Below, in pieces: positions 15,657-23,284 of a stretch of DNA of 42,591 nt. The notes under the pieces are model-generated. The model saw only the letters and a list, made by a program, of their open reading frames with translations, made no database searches and was not told where the DNA came from. A program made the position numbers and the translations under genes. Position 1 is the first letter of the stretch; each line of letters starts with the position of its first letter. Origin of the DNA: an uncultured Acholeplasmataceae bacterium (GTDB taxonomy: Bacteria; Bacillota_I; Bacilli_A; Acholeplasmatales; Acholeplasmataceae); assembly GCA_964600625.1 (NCBI GenBank), contig CAZRJV010000002.1, forward strand, positions 1 through 42,591. The letters run 5' to 3'.

Positions 15657-16427
15657 TTATTTTGCAATAATTAATTCAACACCAGCTTTATTGAATGCTT
15701 CAATATAATGCTCGTTGGGTATTTTATCTGTAATAATATAATCGATATCTTCAAAATCACAAGAAGTACATAAAAATATCTTATCGAATTTGGTTTGATC
15801 AGCTAGAAGTATGTGAATTTTTGAGTTTTTTAACATTTGCTTTTTTACAAGGGATTGTTCTAAAGAAGCTTCGGTTATACCAGACGACAAAGATATCCCT
15901 CCACATGAAAATATAAAGGCATTACAATTAAAATTTTTAATGTATTCTACAGTTGTTGCTCCAAGAATAGAGTTGGTATTACTGTATATAATACCTCCTG
16001 GTAAATGGACTTGTGCATTAACGTTTGGATTACTAGTTATTAATGATGCATTATGAAGTCCGTTTGTTATAATCTTAATATTTTGTAATCCAGTCATCAA
16101 AGATAAGACATACCCGGCTGTAGAACTTGAATCGACAAAATAAGATTCATTTTTTGATAACAATGGTAAACAGCTTAGAGCAATTTTATGTTTTTCTTTT
16201 GTTCTTGTTTGTACTCTGACTAATATGGATGATTCAGTAGAAGAAGATTCGATTAAAGAAGAATTACCGTGTGTACGAACGATTACTCCGTTTTGTTCCA
16301 GTTTAATTAAATCTCTTCTCAAAGTTGATTCACTTATATATAATTGTTTTTGAATTAATTTATTTGGCACAGATTTTTCTTTTTTTATGATTTCAAATAT
16401 TTTTTTTTGCCTATCATTCAGTATCAT
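15657..16427 (-). CDS. DeoR/GlpR family transcriptional regulator
   Basis: N-terminal HTH (RQKKIFEIIKKEKSVPNKLIQKQLYISESTLRRDLIKLEQNGVIVRTHG) plus a DeoR C-terminal sugar-phosphate sensor domain. It is divergent from the sugar operon. Confidence 0.85.
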   Translation of the reverse strand: MILNDRQKKIFEIIKKEKSVPNKLIQKQLYISESTLRRDLIKLEQNGVIVRTHGNSSLIESSSTESSILVRVQTRTKEKHKIALSCLPLLSKNESYFVDSSSTAGYVLSLMTGLQNIKIITNGLHNASLITSNPNVNAQVHLPGGIIYSNTNSILGATTVEYIKNFNCNAFIFSCGGISLSSGITEASLEQSLVKKQMLKNSKIHILLADQTKFDKIFLCTSCDFEDIDYIITDKIPNEHYIEAFNKAGVELIIAK

Positions 16428-16461
16428 AAGAACCCTCCATGTTTTGGCTGTTTATGAATGA

Positions 16462-16490
16462 ATAATAATATATTAATGAATAATTGTCAA
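16462..16490 (-). promoter_or_regulatory. Promoter candidate for the DeoR gene (-35 TTGACA, 17-nt spacer, -10 TATTAT)
   Basis: The minus strand reads ttgaca-attattcattaatatat-tattat, about 35 nt upstream of the RBS and ATG. Confidence 0.55.
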
Positions 16491-16505
16491 GATATCGTTC
16501 ATTAC

Positions 16506-16535
16506 TTGACATTAATTGTTCAAAAGTGATAAAGT
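16506..16535 (+). promoter_or_regulatory. Promoter candidate for the rhamnose/glycan operon (-35 TTGACA, 18-nt spacer, extended -10 TGaTAAAGT)
   Basis: ttgaca-ttaattgttcaaaagtga-taaagt. The -35 is back-to-back with the deoR -35, 15 bp away. Confidence 0.55.
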
Positions 16536-16546
16536 CATGTTGAAAT

Positions 16547-16560
16547 TGAAATCGTTTACA
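16547..16560 (+). promoter_or_regulatory. Catabolite-responsive element (cre) candidate: TGAAATCGTTTACA
   Basis: It fits the Firmicute cre consensus TGWAANCGNTNWCA at every specified position. It lies just downstream of the predicted -10, a roadblock position. Confidence 0.5.
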
Positions 16561-16608
16561 ACATAAAAATGTTATTATTATATGTAATGACTAATGGAGG
16601 TGCTAACA

Positions 16609-17853
16609 TTGAATAAAATCACAATGGCTGTACTAGGTTTTGGACAAAGAGGAATTGTATTTTCTAATGTAGCAAAAGATTTTAAAGATGAAGTTGAACT
16701 TGTGGCTGTATGTGAGAAAAATCAAGATAAATTTGACATGATTAAAAACAAATATTATTTAAATGAAAGTCAAATTTACCAAAATGAAAATGATTTTTTT
16801 TCAAAAGGCAAATTAGCCGATATTTTAATTATTTCTACTATGGATCAAGATCATTATCTACATACAATGAAGGCATTAGATGTTGGATATGACATTTTAT
16901 TGGAAAAACCAATCGCATTAACAAAGGAACATATTTTTAAAATTAAAGAAAAAGCCAACAAACTGAATAGAAAAATAGCTGTTGCACACGTATTAAGATA
17001 TACCCCTTTCTATCAAGAAATTAAAAAAGTGATTGATTCCAAGTTAATTGGTCAGATTGCTTCAATACACCAAACAGAAAATGTGGGGTATCTTCATTAT
17101 GCACATAGTTACGTAAGAGGTAATTGGCATAATTCTAATGTTTCAAGCCCGATGATCCTTGCTAAAAGTTGTCATGATATCGACATTATTAACTATTTAA
17201 TGGGACAACGTGTAGAATATTTGTCATCTTTTGGTTCACTCTTTTATTTTAAAAAAGAGAATATGCCAAAAGGAGCAGCGAAAAATTGTATAGATTGTAA
17301 AGTGGAATGCCCATTTAACGCAATAAATTTTTATGAAAAAAATAAAGATTGGATGGCATTCTTTACACTGGAAACGGATGTTTTAAAAGTAATGTCTAAT
17401 AGAAATTTGAATTATGGAAAATGTGTTTATGATATGGACAATAATGTAGTTGATCATCAAGTCCTTAATATGCAATATGAAAATGGCACAACCGCATCGT
17501 TTTTAATGACTGCATTTTCAAAAACAACGCATAGAAGAATTGAAATAAAAGGAACTCTAGGAGAAATTGTTGGAGACCTAGAAGATAATATTATTCATGT
17601 GATGCCATATGGAAAAGATAACTATGAAATAAATATCGCTCTACTCACATCCGATTTAAGTTATCATTCGGGCGGTGATAAAAATCTTTTAATAGATTTT
17701 GTTAGAGGAATCAGAGATAATCAGCCATTTAATACTGACATTAATAATGCTGTAGAAAGTCATTATCTTGCTTTTAATGCTGAAGAATCACGATTAAAAA
17801 ATGGCTTAGTCATTGATGCTAAAAAAGAGTGGGTTCATTATGGACGTAACTAA
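16609..17853 (+). CDS. Gfo/Idh/MocA family oxidoreductase
   Basis: Rossmann N-terminus MAVLGFGQRG and the EKP motif (LLEKPIA). The TTG at 16609 lies 8 nt after GGAGG; alternative starts are 16594 and 16624. Confidence 0.8.
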   Translation: MNKITMAVLGFGQRGIVFSNVAKDFKDEVELVAVCEKNQDKFDMIKNKYYLNESQIYQNENDFFSKGKLADILIISTMDQDHYLHTMKALDVGYDILLEKPIALTKEHIFKIKEKANKLNRKIAVAHVLRYTPFYQEIKKVIDSKLIGQIASIHQTENVGYLHYAHSYVRGNWHNSNVSSPMILAKSCHDIDIINYLMGQRVEYLSSFGSLFYFKKENMPKGAAKNCIDCKVECPFNAINFYEKNKDWMAFFTLETDVLKVMSNRNLNYGKCVYDMDNNVVDHQVLNMQYENGTTASFLMTAFSKTTHRRIEIKGTLGEIVGDLEDNIIHVMPYGKDNYEINIALLTSDLSYHSGGDKNLLIDFVRGIRDNQPFNTDINNAVESHYLAFNAEESRLKNGLVIDAKKEWVHYGRN

Positions 17854-19300
17854 ACATTATATAACGATTGATGTTGGTGCGAGTTCTGGAAGAATCATCG
17901 TATATTCTTTCGACAAAGAAATAAAAAGCCATGAAGTTCATCGTTTTAAAAATAAACCGTATTCTGAAAAAAATCATTTGCTTTGGAGTTTTACTCATAT
18001 TATGAATGAAATTTATGAAGGTTTAACTAAAGCATTTCAATATGAAAGTGAAATTAGCGCTATTGGTATAGATTCATGGGGGTGCGATTACGGTTACATT
18101 GATTTTACTGGGAAACTTATACAAAACCCATATAGTTATCGAGATTTAAGAACTGCAAACATTGAATCTATTACGAATAAGTATTTTAGTAGAGAATCAT
18201 TATATAAAAAAACAGGTATACAACATTTAAGATTCAATACAATTTATCAAATAGTTGATGATCTAATTAATCACAAAGAAATACTATCTAAAGCAAATAA
18301 ATTATTAATGATCCCAGATTTAATAGCTTATCATTTGACTGGAATTATAAAAATGGAGTTAACAAATTTATCAACGACCTCATTTTATGATTCGATAAAT
18401 CATGAAATTATTGATGAAGTTAATAAACTTGGTTATCCAACCTCATTGATTCCTGAAGTTATTAAACCAGGGGAATTTTATGGCAATATTTTACCGCATA
18501 TAGCTCAAAAATATAATTTGAAAGAAGTACCAGTAATTGCTGTGTGCACACATGATACAGCCTCAGCTGTCCATAGTTTACAGTTATCAAAAACTGACAC
18601 TTATATATCATCGGGGACTTGGAGTTTGATTGGTAAATTGTTGGATAAGCCATTAATAAATAATAATACTTTCAAAAAATCATATACTAATGAAATCGGA
18701 TTTAACAATAAAATAAGATTTTTAAAAAATATATCAGGTTTTTGGATTAAAAATTTAATTTTAGAAGCATTTAATCAAGTAAAGGTAGAGTATGATGAGT
18801 TAGACAGATTAATAGAACAAACGCTTGATTTTGATTCAATTATAGATCTTGATCACAACGATTTTGAAGTTGGAGAGAATATTGTCGAAAAAATACAAAC
18901 TCATTGTAGAAAAACAAATCAGAAAGTTCCTCATAAATTAGAAGAATTTATCAGCGTATTTAATTACAGCTTAGTTTGTAAATATAGGCAACATATTGAA
19001 ACTCTTGATAATTTGACTGATTATAAGACTAATCAAATATTTATTATTGGCGGAGGTGCTTCAAACAGTTTAATTAATCAAATGACTGCAGATATTACTG
19101 GAATTAAAGTCATTGAAGGTAACAATGAAGCCACGTCGCTAGGAAATGCTTTTGTTTTACATCAAGCAATTAACCAAATAGAAGATGTAACGGTAAAAAG
19201 TTTATTTATTAATAATGAAAAAAAAGAATTTTTGCCAAAAAAAGATTTAACAGAGGTTTATAAAAAATATATAAAACTTATGAAAGGGACATGTTTATGA
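17840..19300 (+). CDS. rhaB: Rhamnulokinase (FGGY family)
   Basis: The FGGY N-terminus IDVGASSGR, the overall length, and its position directly upstream of rhaA and rhaD. The start overlaps the upstream stop. Confidence 0.8.
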   Translation: MDVTKHYITIDVGASSGRIIVYSFDKEIKSHEVHRFKNKPYSEKNHLLWSFTHIMNEIYEGLTKAFQYESEISAIGIDSWGCDYGYIDFTGKLIQNPYSYRDLRTANIESITNKYFSRESLYKKTGIQHLRFNTIYQIVDDLINHKEILSKANKLLMIPDLIAYHLTGIIKMELTNLSTTSFYDSINHEIIDEVNKLGYPTSLIPEVIKPGEFYGNILPHIAQKYNLKEVPVIAVCTHDTASAVHSLQLSKTDTYISSGTWSLIGKLLDKPLINNNTFKKSYTNEIGFNNKIRFLKNISGFWIKNLILEAFNQVKVEYDELDRLIEQTLDFDSIIDLDHNDFEVGENIVEKIQTHCRKTNQKVPHKLEEFISVFNYSLVCKYRQHIETLDNLTDYKTNQIFIIGGGASNSLINQMTADITGIKVIEGNNEATSLGNAFVLHQAINQIEDVTVKSLFINNEKKEFLPKKDLTEVYKKYIKLMKGTCL

Positions 19301-20538
19301 GTGTAATTACACGATATAATCAAGCTAAACAATTATATGAATCACTTGGCGTTGATGTGGAAAAAGCAATTGAAACATTAAAAAACACTCCAATTTCTAT
19401 TCAATGTTGGCAAGGTGATGATGTTCAAGGATTTTATAATAAACAAGCGTTATCTGGAGGTATATCCGTTACTGGAAATTATCCTTTTAAAGCGAACAAT
19501 ATTAAAGAATTAAGACAAGATATTGAAGAGGTATTGAAACTAGTTCCATTTGATCATCGATTAAGTTTACACGCTATCTATTTAGATACTAAAGATAAAA
19601 TTGGATTGGATGAAATTGAACCTATTCATTTTGAATCTTGGGTTCAATGGGCTAAAAACAACAATGTTAAACTTGATTTTAATCCAACTTTGTTTTCACA
19701 CCCGTTATCATCAACTGGTTTTACATTATCTTCTAATGATGAGGATATTAGAAACTTTTGGATACGTCATGTAAAGCAATCTAGAAAAATATCTAATTAT
19801 TTTGGGGAAGAACTTAACTCAAGAAGTGTATGTAATTTATGGATTCCTGATGGCTATAAAGATACACCATATTCAAGATTGAACCCTAGAAAATTGTTAA
19901 AAGAGTCCCTTGATCAAATTTATAAGACTAAATACCCAAATGTGATTGACACTTTAGAATCAAAATTATTTGGTATTGGCGCTGAATCTTATACCACTGG
20001 ATCACATGAATTCTATTTAACTTACGCAGTGAAAAACAATTTATCTGTTTGTTTAGATGCCGGTCATTTTCATCCTACTGAACAAGTAAGTGATAAACTT
20101 TCATCAATTTCGCTTTTTACAGACCATCTAATGTTACATGTATCAAGACCAGTTAGATGGGATTCTGATCATGTCGTAAGTTTTAATGATGATTTACAAA
20201 ATATTACTGATGCATTAGTAAGAGATGAACTACTGAATAAAACCTCAATTGGTTTGGATTACTTTGATGCATCAATAAATAGAATAGCTGCTTGGGTAAT
20301 TGGAATACGAAACACTCAAAAAGCACTTCTTAAATCGTTATTAGAACCTAAAGAATTATTACATCAGATTGAACAAGAACAGAATTATACAAAAAGACTA
20401 GTTTATATAGAAGAATTAAAATCTTTACCATTTGGATTAATCTATGATTATATTTGTTTAAAAAATAATAAACCTGTTGGATTAGATTATCTAAAAGAGA
20501 TAGAAGCTTATGAAGTTTCATTGAAAGGAAAACGCTAA
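19297..20538 (+). CDS. rhaA: L-rhamnose isomerase
   Basis: There are long stretches of identity to E. coli RhaA as I recall it: CWQGDDV.GF, TGNYPGKA-like, LHAIYL, ESKLFGIGAESYT.GS.EFY, CLDAGHFHPTE, LHVSRPVRWDSDHVV and DFFDASINRIAAWVIG.RN..KALL..LLEP. Confidence 0.95.
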   Translation: MSVITRYNQAKQLYESLGVDVEKAIETLKNTPISIQCWQGDDVQGFYNKQALSGGISVTGNYPFKANNIKELRQDIEEVLKLVPFDHRLSLHAIYLDTKDKIGLDEIEPIHFESWVQWAKNNNVKLDFNPTLFSHPLSSTGFTLSSNDEDIRNFWIRHVKQSRKISNYFGEELNSRSVCNLWIPDGYKDTPYSRLNPRKLLKESLDQIYKTKYPNVIDTLESKLFGIGAESYTTGSHEFYLTYAVKNNLSVCLDAGHFHPTEQVSDKLSSISLFTDHLMLHVSRPVRWDSDHVVSFNDDLQNITDALVRDELLNKTSIGLDYFDASINRIAAWVIGIRNTQKALLKSLLEPKELLHQIEQEQNYTKRLVYIEELKSLPFGLIYDYICLKNNKPVGLDYLKEIEAYEVSLKGKR

Positions 20539-20539
20539 T

Positions 20540-21352
20540 ATGAAAAATATTTTAGAATCTAAATTCATTCAGGAATTTTCTAATGTTATTGATAGAATGT
20601 ATCTTAACGGCTGGGATGAACGAAATGCAGGAAACGTATCCTATCTTTTGTTAGAAGAAGAACTATCACCTTATCTTGATTTATCTAAAAAAGGACGAGT
20701 TCATCAATTACAAATAGATGCTCATAAATTAGCAGGAAAATACGTATTAGTTACTGGGTCAGGGAAATACTTTAGAAACGTTAAAGGTAATCCCGAAGCC
20801 AATAGTTGTATCATAAGAATTTCTCAATGTGGAACACACGCAGAAATCTTATGGGGTTTAAAAGAAGGTGAAGTTCCAACCTCAGAATTAAGTACACATT
20901 TATCATCTCATATAGCTAGGTTAGAGGTAGATGATACCCATAGAGTAATTATTCATACCCATGCTACTTATTTAAACATTATGAGTGCTGTTGTTGATTT
21001 AGACGAAAAAAATTTTACTAAAGCTTTATGGGGGTTAAATACAGAAAATATTATTATCTTTCCTGAAGGAATAGGGATAATTCCATGGGAAATACCAGGG
21101 AACGGATTAATCGGAAAAAATACAGCAAACAAAATTAAAACCTATAAAATCGTTTTGTGGCCATTACATGGTGTTGTAGCTTCAGGTGAAACTGTTGACA
21201 GTGCTTTTGGCTTGATTGAAACAGTAGAAAAAGCAGCAATGATGTACATGGTTATTAATAATTATTCAAATTATAAAACTATAAATGATGAAGAGTTAAT
21301 TAAACTTGCATCAGCATTTAAAGTTACACCTAATAAGGAGTTTATTAAATGA
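20540..21352 (+). CDS. rhaD: Rhamnulose-1-phosphate aldolase (class II aldolase)
   Basis: GWDERNAGNVS, VTGSGKYFRNV, ILWGL...VPTSEL..H, HTHAT, FPEGIGI.PW..PG and LWP.HGV...G....AFGLI.T.EK closely parallel E. coli RhaD. Confidence 0.95.
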   Translation: MKNILESKFIQEFSNVIDRMYLNGWDERNAGNVSYLLLEEELSPYLDLSKKGRVHQLQIDAHKLAGKYVLVTGSGKYFRNVKGNPEANSCIIRISQCGTHAEILWGLKEGEVPTSELSTHLSSHIARLEVDDTHRVIIHTHATYLNIMSAVVDLDEKNFTKALWGLNTENIIIFPEGIGIIPWEIPGNGLIGKNTANKIKTYKIVLWPLHGVVASGETVDSAFGLIETVEKAAMMYMVINNYSNYKTINDEELIKLASAFKVTPNKEFIK

Positions 21353-22341
21353 AAAAAATGAGCTTAATTGTTTTAACATTATTATCGGTAATATTTATAA
21401 GTGGTTGTGAAAAGCCTGAAAACAGTGACAATAATGATGATAACGATGACAAAAATGTTGAACTACTTGAAGATCCAATATTTGCGACAGGATTTAATCT
21501 TTTAGGAATTAGTCCGGTTGAGGATGGTAGAACAATTAAAAGACACTTAGACTATGGTGGTACAGCACTGCCTAGTTCAAGACCAATATGGCATATGGCA
21601 CAATGGTGGACGCCTTATGATGTTGTTGATGCAACCTATAAGGAAGTTAATAATGTTCATATATATGAAACCCCTTCAAGAATATTGAAAATGAATCCTG
21701 AAGATAATGGATATCTATATATGGAATTGTTTGGATTAAAAGAATACGAAAATGGACCAAGAAAATTAAATGAACCATGGACACATGCTTTGATAGAACA
21801 AGATTTCAATGAATCTGTTGGAATGTCTGAATTATCAAGTTTGATGTTGAAAATGGAAGTTACCATACATCATGTCAATAATTTAATGGGAAGCGATTAT
21901 GATCCAGGAAAACATGCTGCTCAGTTATTATGGTACTTAACTTTGAGAAATGTAGTTCCTGAAGGTTCAGAAGATGTTGGACAAAATGGGGATTTCCTTT
22001 GGTTTGGTATTCCGATTTATGACAATAGAAATGATTTTATTCCTCACTCAGCTCATATAGATCAAGGAGCCGCTGGTACTACAGGAAAATTAATTTACTC
22101 AATGTCCTCGAAAAATTATTTTGATGAAAAAATCCAAATGAACAAAACGTATAACATTGAAATCGATGTATTGCCTTATTTAAAAGAAGCATTTATATAT
22201 GCAGTCAATAACAACGCACTAGTTGGCGCACGTTTTGAAAATATGCAAATAGGATATATGAACTTTGGATGGGAAGTGCCTGGGACGTTTGATGTAGCTT
22301 CCACAATTAGGGGTATTTCAATTAAAGCTATTAGAAAGTAG
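21349..22341 (+). CDS. Lipoprotein of unassigned family (paralogue 1 of 3)
   Basis: Signal peptide with lipobox (VIFISGC) and an Asp/Asn-rich linker. The start overlaps the rhaD stop (ATGA). It shares blocks with 22349-23242 and 32366-33340 (see findings). Confidence 0.85.
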   Translation: MKKMSLIVLTLLSVIFISGCEKPENSDNNDDNDDKNVELLEDPIFATGFNLLGISPVEDGRTIKRHLDYGGTALPSSRPIWHMAQWWTPYDVVDATYKEVNNVHIYETPSRILKMNPEDNGYLYMELFGLKEYENGPRKLNEPWTHALIEQDFNESVGMSELSSLMLKMEVTIHHVNNLMGSDYDPGKHAAQLLWYLTLRNVVPEGSEDVGQNGDFLWFGIPIYDNRNDFIPHSAHIDQGAAGTTGKLIYSMSSKNYFDEKIQMNKTYNIEIDVLPYLKEAFIYAVNNNALVGARFENMQIGYMNFGWEVPGTFDVASTIRGISIKAIRK

Positions 22342-22348
22342 GTAATTA

Positions 22349-23242
22349 ATGAAAATAGTAAATTTGTTAACAGATTCATCCTTTGAAACAGGGTTTCATT
22401 TACTTGGTATCAATCCAACTATCAACCACAGAAAAGTTTATAAGCATTTGGATTATGATGGTAAAGCAAAATATTCAAAAATACCTATTTGGCAAATGGC
22501 TCAATGGTGGACGCCTTATAATGTTTTAGATGCTAAATTTAAAATAATAAATAATAACTATATTTATGAAACACCTTCTAGAAGAATAGAAGTAAATCCT
22601 TATAACCAAGGCTACTTGAGAATGAATTTATCTGCTTCAAAAGAATACTTAAATGGGGCACGTTTAGATTCAAGTAAACCATGGAGTCACTTATTGATAG
22701 AACAAGATTTTCAAAAACACGTAGCACTAGATGGTCTTGAGGCATTAAGGGTTCAATTGACTTTTAACATTGAGAAAGTTATTAATCAAAGCCCCGAAAC
22801 TTATAATCCTAATTATCATGCTGCTCAATTAGTTTGGTATTTTGTTATTCATGATGCAAGTTACGAGGGATCTAAGTATGGTAATTTTAATGAATACTTC
22901 TGGTTTGGTATTCCTATTTACGATAACCGTCATGACTTTATTGATGAACATCATCATGTTGATCAAGGTGGTATTGGTACAACTGGTAGATTAATTTACT
23001 CAATGAGCAATAAAAATTATTTAAATGAAAAGATAATATTTGGAAAAACATACAACATTGATATTAATGTTCTTCCATTTATCTTAAAAGCAAAAACTTA
23101 TGCGATTCAGAATGGTTACTTAAAACATAATGAAGAATCAAAATATGAAATAGGATACATGAATTTTGGATGGGAAATCCCAGGTATGTTTGATGTTGAA
23201 TCATATATTCAAAATATGAATGTGATTGCGACAATAATATAA
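22349..23242 (+). CDS. Cytoplasmic protein of the same unassigned family (paralogue 2 of 3, no signal peptide)
   Basis: It begins directly at the conserved core (MKIVNLLTDSSFETGFHLLGI...). By eye it is roughly half identical to paralogue 1. Confidence 0.85.
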   Translation: MKIVNLLTDSSFETGFHLLGINPTINHRKVYKHLDYDGKAKYSKIPIWQMAQWWTPYNVLDAKFKIINNNYIYETPSRRIEVNPYNQGYLRMNLSASKEYLNGARLDSSKPWSHLLIEQDFQKHVALDGLEALRVQLTFNIEKVINQSPETYNPNYHAAQLVWYFVIHDASYEGSKYGNFNEYFWFGIPIYDNRHDFIDEHHHVDQGGIGTTGRLIYSMSNKNYLNEKIIFGKTYNIDINVLPFILKAKTYAIQNGYLKHNEESKYEIGYMNFGWEIPGMFDVESYIQNMNVIATII

Positions 23243-23284
23243 ATAAAGAAAAAACAACAATAGTTGAAAAATACGGAGGAAAGT

